Shown here in pieces: positions 1 through 8,471 of a DNA stretch of 14,798 nucleotides; the first letter of the stretch is position 1, and every line of letters begins with the position of its first letter. Under the pieces are notes generated by a model. That model worked only from the letters and a program-made list of their open reading frames with translations, ran no database searches and was not told the DNA's origin. The stretch lies in assembly GCA_048940645.1 (NCBI GenBank), contig JBHLOI010000076.1, forward strand, positions 1 through 14,798, written 5' to 3'. The translations under genes were made by a program, and so were the position numbers. This DNA comes from Promethearchaeota archaeon. Lineage in GTDB: Archaea; Asgardarchaeota; Lokiarchaeia; Sigyniarchaeales; SOKP01.

Positions 1-129
1 ATAGAGAAGAATGAAGATCTAAAAAAATTACAAAATAAATTATCTGATTTAAAAAGAGAACTATCTATAAAATTATCCGAACGAGAAAAAATAAGACCAC
101 CAATTCAAACTCCTATAGCTAATCAGTAG
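1..129 (+). CDS. 3' end of an upstream gene (charged, coiled-coil-like C-terminus), function unknown
   Basis: Frame 1 is open from the window edge and reads IEKNEDLKKLQNKLSDLKRELSIKLSEREKIRPPIQTPIANQ to TAG at 127-129. Confidence 0.6.
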   Translation: MEKNEDLKKLQNKLSDLKRELSIKLSEREKIRPPIQTPIANQ

Positions 130-186
130 GAATATATTCTTGTTTGTGATGGCGCGTATTAGAAATGATGATTCAATAAGAGAGAT

Positions 187-1278
187 TTAGAACCATTTTT
201 TCCTTTTGAAAAAATATAACATTAGAACAATAATCAATACCATTACAACAACTAGTATTGGATAGGCGAATGGATTAGAAAATTCAGGCATGTATATAAA
301 ATTCATTCCATAGAATCCTGCAAGGAATGATAATGGGATAAATATTGTTGAAATAATTGTTAAAACTTTCATTATTTCGTTCATTCTATTGCTAACGCTG
401 GAAAGATACATATCTAACATTCCAAAGATAATATCACGATAGTTTTCTAACAACTCAGTTATTCGAAAAATATGATCATAAATATCTCTCAGATAAATTT
501 GTAATTCATTTTTAATCAATTTTGATTGTTCTCTTTGAAGTTGATTAATGACCTCTCGCATGGGCCAAATTAATTTTCTGAAATCAATAGTTTTCTTTCT
601 TAACTCATAAATTGTTTGTAAAGTTTCAGGTTTGGGATTTTGTATCAAATCATCCTCAATATTCTCAATAATCTCTCCAATTGATTCTAATACAACAAAA
701 TAATTATCAATAATCACATCTATTAGAGCATAGACCAAATAATCAGGCCCCATCATTCTTACTTTTCCTTTTGGGATTGTAATTCTATCTAAAATTGGAC
801 TAAAGATTTTAGAATGTTGTTCTTGAAATGAAATAACAAAATTTTCTCCAAGAATTAAACTTATTTGTTCATTATCGAAATCTTCTTTTATGTGATCATA
901 GAATAATCTTTTAACCACAATAAAAAGAAATTCTTCATAATCTTCAAATTTGGGACGCTGATTTGGATTTAAAATATCTTCTAAAACAAGAGGATGAAGA
1001 TTAAATTGGTTGCCTAAATTTTCTATTAATGGTATGTTTGAAAATCCTGTAATTTTTATCCATCTAATAAATGATTTTTCAATATTAGTAAAATTGATTT
1101 GATCTGTTTCTAAATCTTGAATATTATATCTTTGTTCATTATAGTCTATTATAGAGATATGTGTTTCTACTTCATGTTTCTCTCCAATATATTTTAAAGT
1201 TCCAGGAGGAAGTCCAACCTTCTGCTTCTTTTTATGGGATTGAAATGTTCTCTTTAAAGGACCAATAAATTTTCTCAT
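187..1278 (-). CDS. corA: Magnesium/cobalt transporter CorA
   Basis: Motifs KVGLPPGTL, LHPLVLEDILN, QRPKFE, NRMNEIMKVLT and the CorA signature AGFYGMNF followed by MPEF, with two C-terminal TM helices. Start is ATG 1278 or TTG 1287. Confidence 0.95.
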   Translation of the reverse strand: MRKFIGPLKRTFQSHKKKQKVGLPPGTLKYIGEKHEVETHISIIDYNEQRYNIQDLETDQINFTNIEKSFIRWIKITGFSNIPLIENLGNQFNLHPLVLEDILNPNQRPKFEDYEEFLFIVVKRLFYDHIKEDFDNEQISLILGENFVISFQEQHSKIFSPILDRITIPKGKVRMMGPDYLVYALIDVIIDNYFVVLESIGEIIENIEDDLIQNPKPETLQTIYELRKKTIDFRKLIWPMREVINQLQREQSKLIKNELQIYLRDIYDHIFRITELLENYRDIIFGMLDMYLSSVSNRMNEIMKVLTIISTIFIPLSFLAGFYGMNFIYMPEFSNPFAYPILVVVMVLIIVLMLYFFKRKKWF

Positions 1279-1449
1279 ATATATCAATATATCATAAGGT
1301 TAGGATTACAAGTTGGAATATTATAAGCTGCTTTTTATTTTAAAAATTTTGGTTATATAAGAAATTATAATCTTTAATTTATCAAAAAAATATTTAAATG
1401 TGGGAAAAAATACTTAAAACTAGAAAATTCCGTGAGGTAATATTCTGAT

Positions 1450-2367
1450 ATGAAAAAAATATATAAAATCTTAATTTGGTTAGCTGGCATTGGAATTTTT
1501 TTAGGAGTTTACTTCTATTTCGGTTTTGATCAATTATTAATAAATTTAATCATTTTGAATATAATTGCGTATTTCTTAAGATCCATATTTATTGATATAA
1601 CCCAAGGAATAATTAAAAATTTATTTGCTCGTTATATAATTAGGATAATAATAAATATTGCATGGTTAGTATTACCCTTTTGGTTGATTTTCACTATTTC
1701 GCCGATTTATTTTGTAGCAATTATCTCCTTTTTAGTTGTTGCAATATCGTTAACTTTTCAGAATATCATTAACAATATCGCATCAGGAATAATGCTTCTA
1801 TCATCTGAAGGATTTGAAGCTGGTGATTTAATCGAAACAAATGGAGTCGAAGGAATTGTAAAAGAAATAACATTGAATAATCTAAAAATTGAAGATTTTG
1901 ATGGGTCCTTGACCTATATTCCAAATAAGAATGCTTTTAACTCATCAATAGTTCGTTATACTCATAAACCTCCTAAAAAAGAAATGAAGCTAGGTTTTTC
2001 AGAAGTTATTAAAAAAATTGGGGAATTTTTAACTGGTGAGACAAAACTTACTCGTTATATTAAAGTGGTTGAACTATTAAGTTCAGTAGATTCAGAAAAA
2101 CTTGAGGAACTATTAAAGCCAGTATTGGATAAGTATGAATCTATATTTGGAATAAGACCATACTTTTATGCTAATAATACTGTCAGTGGGATTACAAATC
2201 GATTAAGTATTACTATCCAAATTGTTTCTGAGGATCCAAAACTAATCTTAACCTATATTGACCCGTTTATGAAAGATCTTCTTTTTAAGATATATGATAA
2301 AGAAATAAATTATGGATGGAACCCTAATCAAAAGGACTCATCCATTGATAACTTTGAGGTGGCTTAA
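1450..2367 (+). CDS. Small-conductance mechanosensitive channel (MscS family) protein
   Basis: N-terminal TM helices, then SLTFQNIINNIASGIMLL..FEAGDLIETNGVEGIVKEITL..DGSLTYIPNK (MscS TM3 and beta domain). GAGGT lies upstream at 1434-1438. Confidence 0.85.
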   Translation: MKKIYKILIWLAGIGIFLGVYFYFGFDQLLINLIILNIIAYFLRSIFIDITQGIIKNLFARYIIRIIINIAWLVLPFWLIFTISPIYFVAIISFLVVAISLTFQNIINNIASGIMLLSSEGFEAGDLIETNGVEGIVKEITLNNLKIEDFDGSLTYIPNKNAFNSSIVRYTHKPPKKEMKLGFSEVIKKIGEFLTGETKLTRYIKVVELLSSVDSEKLEELLKPVLDKYESIFGIRPYFYANNTVSGITNRLSITIQIVSEDPKLILTYIDPFMKDLLFKIYDKEINYGWNPNQKDSSIDNFEVA

Positions 2368-2369
2368 TT

Positions 2370-3275
2370 ATAGCAATCTTTAACACAGATTTGGAAGCAT
2401 TAATCTATCTATTAATCATTGGAGTCGGTCTTTATATTATTAATAAGGTTATATCTTTAACAATTGGTAAAACTAAAAAAATCTCTTTGAAGTACAAAAT
2501 AATAATTAATTTTTCTTTTAAGATTGCTACTGTTCTTATAATAGCTTTTTTTATTATTGAAGGTTTTCCTGTTATTTCTCTAATTAATCCCACTTACACT
2601 GCGATACTCACTGGAGCAATTAGTACTGCGATTGCTTTTGCTTCAAGCGGCATTTTTGCAAATTTTATTTCAGGAATTGTTATAATGTTAGTAAGACCGT
2701 TTGAAGTTGATGATTTGGTCAAAATTGAAGGAGACAAGGGAATCATACGCGCAATAAATTTAACTAAGGTAAAATTAGAAACATTTGATAATATAATAAT
2801 TGAAAAGTCTAATGCTCAAGTCCTTTCATCAAAAATTGTAAATTATACGATTAAACTTGGCAAAAAGAAAACTTTTGAACATTTTAAAAACAAGATCTTA
2901 GCTCCTCAGGATATTGGCTTCAAAGACATATATGAGGGCGCTCCAGATTCTAAAAAGGACTTCGAAAGTAATTTAAGAAAAGCCTATGAATCATTTTCGA
3001 CTAAATACTACCCAAAGCTTTACAATTTTACCTTTAGGATGGCTTTCCCGTATAAAGGGTTTCGATTAATGATGAAAAAAGTTGCAGAACTATGTAATTT
3101 ATATAATGAAAAGAATATTTTCAAAATCAAACCACAATTCGATACTATAACTTTTAATATAAGCATCATTGTCAAATTTAGATTATTAACGTTTAATGCA
3201 CAAAAAATTTTTGATTTTCAACCAAAATTTGCTCAAGATGTTTATAACATAATTTATAGCCTTAAAAATCTATAA
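2370..3275 (+). CDS. Second MscS-family protein (start ATA 2370 proposed; TTG 2391 in the ORF track)
   Basis: AIAFASSGIFANFISGIVIMLVRPFEVDDLVKIEGDKGIIRAINL..TFDNIIIEKSN is an MscS core. It directly follows the first MscS gene, with SD GAGGTGG at 2356-2362. Confidence 0.85.
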   Translation: MAIFNTDLEALIYLLIIGVGLYIINKVISLTIGKTKKISLKYKIIINFSFKIATVLIIAFFIIEGFPVISLINPTYTAILTGAISTAIAFASSGIFANFISGIVIMLVRPFEVDDLVKIEGDKGIIRAINLTKVKLETFDNIIIEKSNAQVLSSKIVNYTIKLGKKKTFEHFKNKILAPQDIGFKDIYEGAPDSKKDFESNLRKAYESFSTKYYPKLYNFTFRMAFPYKGFRLMMKKVAELCNLYNEKNIFKIKPQFDTITFNISIIVKFRLLTFNAQKIFDFQPKFAQDVYNIIYSLKNL

Positions 3276-3357
3276 AATTAGTAGATTACCAATTTTATTA
3301 TTTAATTTTTTATTTATTTTTGATTTATTATAATTATGAAAGGAAAGGTGATTAGAA

Positions 3358-3978
3358 ATATTAATTAAACATAGAGGGTATGAGCCTAAAATAGATCATT
3401 CAGTTTATATTGCACCTAATGCTATTATTGTAGGGAGAGTTAGGCTTAATAAAAATTCTCGGATAATGTATGGCTCCGTATTAGATTCAGAAGGTTCTAG
3501 AATTGAGATTGGTGAATGCTCAATTGTATGTGAGAATGCCGTTCTTAGAGCAACGGCAGCAGGCAATAAGGAGTATCCTGTATTAATCGGTAATCATGTC
3601 TTCATCAGCCCACAAACAACTCTTATTGGTTGTAAAGTCGAGCCCTATTCTTATATAGCAACAGGTGCAACTATATTACAAGGAGCAATTGTTCATTCTG
3701 GAGCTGCTGTAGCTGTTGGAGCGTTTGTTCATGCAAATACCATAGTCCCGAGTAAATTCTTTATACCTCCCAATACAATAGCAATAGGAAATCCAATCAA
3801 GCTTTTTAGCCCAGATGAGAAAGAAAAATTAGCAGAAGCCATAGCGTCAATAGGGTTTGCCAAAATTGCCTTTAATGCTGATGCTGAATGGGACGATCGT
3901 TTTGCAAGATATAAACAAGCCACAGAAACCAGATCTAAGGAATTTGAAAGCCATTTTAAAGATAAAATATTAATGTAA
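3358..3978 (+). CDS. Gamma-carbonic anhydrase/YrdA-like left-handed beta-helix protein (Zn-ligand His residues appear absent); N-terminus extends upstream of ATG 3466
   Basis: Hexapeptide repeats. The in-frame upstream sequence LIKHRGYEPKIDHSVYIAPNAIIVGRVRLNKNSRI matches the typical family N-terminus. In-frame TGA at 3349-3351, SD AGGTGA at 3346-3351, ATA at 3358. Confidence 0.8.
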   Translation: MLIKHRGYEPKIDHSVYIAPNAIIVGRVRLNKNSRIMYGSVLDSEGSRIEIGECSIVCENAVLRATAAGNKEYPVLIGNHVFISPQTTLIGCKVEPYSYIATGATILQGAIVHSGAAVAVGAFVHANTIVPSKFFIPPNTIAIGNPIKLFSPDEKEKLAEAIASIGFAKIAFNADAEWDDRFARYKQATETRSKEFESHFKDKILM

Positions 3979-4011
3979 TTAAATCGATTAAATAATTTAA
4001 ATTGAAGCAAG

Positions 4012-4602
4012 ATGTTTCATAATATACCCGAAGTTATAAAAAAAAGAATGAAATATTTAGAAGAAATTGATTCTAAAGATAGGGTCGATGGAACTCCCCG
4101 AATGAAAAGACTTCGTCAAATACCTCCGATTACTGGAAAATTTCTCTCAATTATGGCTGCATGTGCTCCAAATGGAGATTTTTTAGAAATTGGCACCAGT
4201 GCAGGTTATTCTACCCTCTGGATTGCGTTAGCTTGTCAATTTAGAGGAATTAAAATGAAAACCTTCGAAGTATTAAAAGAAAAGATTGAAATGGCTAAAG
4301 AAACTTTCATAGTTACTAATATGAACGACTTCATTGAATTAGTCGAAGGTGATGCTCGTAATTATATAATAGATTATAACAATATTGCATTTTGCTTTTT
4401 AGATGCTGAAAAAGAAGTGTATGAAGAATGCTATGATTTAATTATTCCAAATATGGTTAAAGGAGGAATTTTTATTGCGGATAATGCAATAAATCATTAT
4501 GAAACTTTAAAACCAATGATTGATAAAGCATTAGCTGATCGCCATGTAGATGCGATGATTGTTCCAATCGGAAAGGGAGAATTACTGTGTAGAAGAATTT
4601 AA
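4012..4602 (+). CDS. SAM-dependent O-methyltransferase (caffeoyl-CoA OMT/YrrM-like family)
   Basis: Motifs [24 protein letters not shown] and GGIFIADNA. Confidence 0.85.
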   Translation: MFHNIPEVIKKRMKYLEEIDSKDRVDGTPRMKRLRQIPPITGKFLSIMAACAPNGDFLEIGTSAGYSTLWIALACQFRGIKMKTFEVLKEKIEMAKETFIVTNMNDFIELVEGDARNYIIDYNNIAFCFLDAEKEVYEECYDLIIPNMVKGGIFIADNAINHYETLKPMIDKALADRHVDAMIVPIGKGELLCRRI

Positions 4603-4864
4603 TAAGATTTTTTTCTTATTTAATGGAGCTTAAAAGTTTTGATTTTTAAATCTAGTATTTTCTTATTTCATAGATTATATTAAAATCTAATTTTTCAGTT
4701 TTGATCAATTGAAAGAATCTATCAGGATTTACTTGTTGTTCTTTAAATATCTACTTTCTTTTTTTTATAGCAAAAATCTTTAAATGAAATTCTTAGTTGA
4801 AGAATTTATTCCACAAATTAATTTCATAAAGAAAAAAAATCTATTTATAAAATTATAGAAGAAT

Positions 4865-5809
4865 ATGGACTTGTTCACTCACTTAGTATTTGGAGCCTTA
4901 ATGTACATTCTTTTTCTAAAGGAGGTAACTTTTGATTATATCTTTCTAGCAATCTTTATGTCAGTTTTACCTGATTTAGATATATTTATAACGCCTTTGA
5001 AAAGAATTTTCAAATCAAATTATCTTGAACATCGTGGAGGTTCTCATTCTTATGTTATTGGTATAATAATATCGGCAATTGTAAGTGCTATATATTCTCC
5101 ACTAACACAACGGCCATTTCTTATAGCTTGGATTATAGGCATGGTCTTTTATGGTTTGCATGTATCTATGGACCTTCTTACTACTACGAAAATTCCTTAC
5201 TTATATCCACTTTCTAAAAAAGAGCATAGTTTTTATGTTGAAAAAGCAGGTAGTTTATTCACAATGGTGAACTCAGTAACTTTTCTTATTATTTTAGGTA
5301 TTTTATTTCATAGTTCTGCAGATATATTCTTTTTCGGTTTACTGATTAACTTTTATACTTGGTTTTTTATTGTTTATTATTTCTATCGAATTATATCGAA
5401 AGTTTGGTTATCTTTAAATCTTAAAAGTAATCAGAAATATTTTCCTGGAATTCTACCTTTTTCTTATACTATTTATAGTAATGATATTGTGGAAAATGAA
5501 ATTTCATTAAGCCTAGAAAGGAAATTTCATTTCTCAAAAATCAAGGATATGGTTAAGATTAAAACATTCTTGAATACGGAAGAATTCATTCTTTTTAAAA
5601 AGGGGATAGAGCTATGTAATGCTAATTATTATTATGCCAAATGGACTGTGTTTCCAATCTTTATAAGAGATGAGGAGATTTTTTCTATCAAATTATTTTT
5701 TTTAGAAACTATGATGCGTAATAGAACTATGTATGTTCAATTTGATTTTGTTATGCGTACACTACAATTAATAGGTTTTAATAGAGGCTCTGGAAAGATA
5801 ACAGATTAA
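4865..5809 (+). CDS. Inner-membrane metal-dependent hydrolase (YdjM-like)
   Basis: Motifs MDLFTH, LPDLD, HRGGSHS and HVSMDLLT, plus multiple TM segments. Confidence 0.8.
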   Translation: MDLFTHLVFGALMYILFLKEVTFDYIFLAIFMSVLPDLDIFITPLKRIFKSNYLEHRGGSHSYVIGIIISAIVSAIYSPLTQRPFLIAWIIGMVFYGLHVSMDLLTTTKIPYLYPLSKKEHSFYVEKAGSLFTMVNSVTFLIILGILFHSSADIFFFGLLINFYTWFFIVYYFYRIISKVWLSLNLKSNQKYFPGILPFSYTIYSNDIVENEISLSLERKFHFSKIKDMVKIKTFLNTEEFILFKKGIELCNANYYYAKWTVFPIFIRDEEIFSIKLFFLETMMRNRTMYVQFDFVMRTLQLIGFNRGSGKITD

Positions 5810-5838
5810 CGTAAAAGTTTTTTAAGGATATAGTATAA

Positions 5839-6279
5839 GTGAAACTCATGCGTAAAGACGAGATTAGGAAGGAAATTGAAGAAATGGTAAATAGAGAGAC
5901 TAGAGCCTGGGATAATCAAGATGTTGATCTTTTAATGTCCATATTCCATCCAGATATGGTTTGGCCTTGGCCAAAAACGCCACTGTCTCATGATCCAATA
6001 GACTGGGTTCTTGAGTGGGGGAGATATGATTATACTCGCTGGAAAAATGGCTGGTTAGAACTCTTCAACAGATACAAATTAGATCATAATAATAGAGAAA
6101 TTAAAAAAATTGAAATTTCTAAAGAAGGTGATGGTGCATTTGCTGTTGTTGATATTGATACGCTATGGGTTGACAAGTACGACAATACAAACCATTGGAA
6201 AGGAAGAGTTTGTAAAGTTTATACAAAGATAGGAAATGAATGGAAAATGATTATGCAGACTGGAGTACTTGAATATTAA
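5839..6279 (+). CDS. NTF2/SnoaL-like (DUF4440-type) protein
   Basis: N-terminal helix RETRAWDNQDVDLLMSIFHPD and C-terminal KVYTKIGNEWKMI are typical of the NTF2-like fold. Start is GTG 5839 or ATG 5848. Confidence 0.7.
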   Translation: MKLMRKDEIRKEIEEMVNRETRAWDNQDVDLLMSIFHPDMVWPWPKTPLSHDPIDWVLEWGRYDYTRWKNGWLELFNRYKLDHNNREIKKIEISKEGDGAFAVVDIDTLWVDKYDNTNHWKGRVCKVYTKIGNEWKMIMQTGVLEY

Positions 6280-6297
6280 TAAATTTATAAGATCATC

Positions 6298-7143
6298 TTA
6301 TTCTAAATCTTCTAAAAGGGGTTCATCCTCAATAAATTCGCAACTTAAACCTAACTTTTGAAAATATTTACATAATGCCATACAAGCGAATTTTTCTGTT
6401 GAATAATGAGTACCTCCAATTAGATTTATTCCTTTTTCTTTCTCAAACTCATGTACATTTTGGCTGTAATCATTTAGTGCTGTTATACCAGTTACGTATG
6501 TATTTATTTCCAGATCTACAACTTCTTGAATAATATCAATTTCATTACCACCCCCCGCTATTAATGCTACATTATAATTTTTAATTTCATCAGAACCATA
6601 TTTCCATAATTTTGTTTCATGCCCAACGACAGCACTGAATTTATGAGCTAATTCTTCTGGAGTTTTTAAATCGGTTTTTCCATAAATACCAACCTTTACA
6701 CCAAAATATTCATAAAACTCCCCTTCGGGATCAATATCTAGAACTTTAGCTAAAGATACGGTTGTCGAATATTCCCCATTCTTATCTAATGGAACATGGA
6801 TCGTATATAATGAAATATTTTGTTGTTTTAACTTTGGGAGCAATTTTGGATTAATATCTAGAAAAATTTGTGGACTTGTTATATCCCATACCATTGGATG
6901 GTGAGTTATTAAAAGAACTCCTTCTTTACGAAGTTTTAATATTTTATTTAAAACATATTCACTAGGAAAAACTGCTGTATAAACAGAATTGATTTCTTGA
7001 GAATTATCTAGTAAGATTCCCATATAACGTTGTTCAAAATTCTCACTAATATATTCGTTGAAATCCATTCTGGACCAATCATCTCTACATTGTTCAAGCT
7101 CGAAATCTTCATCGAGTTTTTTATATAGCATTTTTGCGTCCAT
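6298..7143 (-). CDS. Nif3-like (YbgI/DUF34) dinuclear metal-centre protein
   Basis: Metal-ligand motifs LLITHHPM, LYTIHVPLD and GTHYSTEK. Confidence 0.88.
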   Translation of the reverse strand: MDAKMLYKKLDEDFELEQCRDDWSRMDFNEYISENFEQRYMGILLDNSQEINSVYTAVFPSEYVLNKILKLRKEGVLLITHHPMVWDITSPQIFLDINPKLLPKLKQQNISLYTIHVPLDKNGEYSTTVSLAKVLDIDPEGEFYEYFGVKVGIYGKTDLKTPEELAHKFSAVVGHETKLWKYGSDEIKNYNVALIAGGGNEIDIIQEVVDLEINTYVTGITALNDYSQNVHEFEKEKGINLIGGTHYSTEKFACMALCKYFQKLGLSCEFIEDEPLLEDLE

Positions 7144-7377
7144 TATCTTTTCTTATTCATAGATTTATTATAAATTTTAACTTTTTTCTCAGTAATCTAG
7201 ATAAAGCTATTACAAAATTTCGAAAGTCTCTTACTTTTCTCTTAATATAATATAAAGTAGAGAACTCTTTTTAAAAAGAATGAAAATAATTCTTGAAAAA
7301 ATCCCTATTTAATTTCTAGATTATGAGATCATTATAAGATCAAAAGTTTAAATAAGAATATAATCAAGAGGCAATAA

Positions 7378-8469
7378 CTACACTATATTAATACATTGTG
7401 CTAAGCATCTCTTCACACATGCATTACAATTTATGCAGTTTTCTGGATGCCAGAAATTAACCTTTTTATCAGGTTCATTGAAAGTATAAAGATTTCTGGG
7501 ACACACTTCAATACAGACTTTACACCCAATACATTTTTCTCGATCTAATTTCAATTTTCCATATGGCTGTAAGTGATATTTACCAAATAGGAATTTCATT
7601 TGATCTTTTCCTTTTTTCCACGTCTTTTCACCTAATTCACTTTTATATATGGGTGTTAAGCCATGAAAATCTTCCATCAAAATTAAAGCTACTATTGAGG
7701 ATAAAATAATATTCCAAATTAAATAAAAAAGGTTTGGAAATACAAAAATATAGGTTAATATAATTAAAATTATAATTATAACCTCAAAAAATAATGCTTT
7801 TGGCCTTCCTGTTTTAGTTTTAATACTTGGTAGAATGATAAGGGAACCATAGATTATTAAAATCATTAATGCTGAAGAATCAAGAAATAGAAATATATCC
7901 AATAAATGTAAAAATATAGCTAAAATCCAAAAAATTAATGTAAATATGAGGAATAAGCTGAAGAAATATATATTTGCCATTTCTATTCTCTTTGATATTG
8001 TAAAATTTACTTCTCGCATTTTTTCAGTCTTTATGAAATCATTCTCTATATAATTTGAGACATCTTTAATGTATACAGGGCCAAATTGTACATCCCAACC
8101 TAACTCCTTTTTTATTATTAAAGGATCAATACCTGGAGCGCTTAATTGGGGTAGAATTAATCTCCGGTGATCAATAAGATCATTTATTCCGCTTGTTTTA
8201 ATAATTGAAATCACGGAATCTGTATTAAAATCATCTCCGCAAGCTCCACACCATACATTTATCCCTTTTGAAGGTGCTACTAATAGATAACAATCGAGTT
8301 CCTTAAGTGCTTTTAGAACTCTTTTAACTGTTAAAATAAAATTACAAGTTAAAAATACAGGACTTTTCCGATTTGGATTCCCAACTTTAATAATATCAGG
8401 TTCTATTGAAAAGCCAACCCATCTAAAAAGATATGCTCCAATTAAATTCAATGATCTTTTAATACCCAA
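7378..8469 (-). CDS. Fused HgcAB-like protein: CdhD/HgcA-type corrinoid-binding domain, TM segment and C-terminal 2x[4Fe-4S] ferredoxin
   Basis: HgcA-like motifs VGNP..SPVFLTCNF.LT, SKGINVWCGACG (cap helix), HRRLILPQLSAPG and FGPV. About 4 TM helices, then CIGCKVCIEVCP and CINCNACVKRC. TTG start lies 2 nt after the upstream stop. Confidence 0.9.
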   Translation of the reverse strand: MGIKRSLNLIGAYLFRWVGFSIEPDIIKVGNPNRKSPVFLTCNFILTVKRVLKALKELDCYLLVAPSKGINVWCGACGDDFNTDSVISIIKTSGINDLIDHRRLILPQLSAPGIDPLIIKKELGWDVQFGPVYIKDVSNYIENDFIKTEKMREVNFTISKRIEMANIYFFSLFLIFTLIFWILAIFLHLLDIFLFLDSSALMILIIYGSLIILPSIKTKTGRPKALFFEVIIIILIILTYIFVFPNLFYLIWNIILSSIVALILMEDFHGLTPIYKSELGEKTWKKGKDQMKFLFGKYHLQPYGKLKLDREKCIGCKVCIEVCPRNLYTFNEPDKKVNFWHPENCINCNACVKRCLAQCINIV

Positions 8470-8471
8470 TT

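Noticed and set aside
138-181. Weak hairpin with GTGA/TGA motifs (SECIS or C/D-box candidate)
   Set aside because: Too short for a SECIS helix II, no CUGA D box, and no in-frame TGA selenoprotein is visible. At most it is a terminator between convergent genes.
3729-4010. 93-aa minus-strand ORF
   Set aside because: Antisense shadow of the gamma-CA-like gene, with no motifs.
4648-4843. Recurrent AAATCTA-like words at about 27-35 nt spacing
   Set aside because: Short, degenerate and irregularly spaced in very AT-rich DNA; not a CRISPR or iteron array.
7378-8469. Calling this a bona fide mercury methylase (hgcA/hgcB)
   Set aside because: Fused architecture, variant cap helix and missing HgcB Cys tail; tested fused homologues were not found to methylate Hg.
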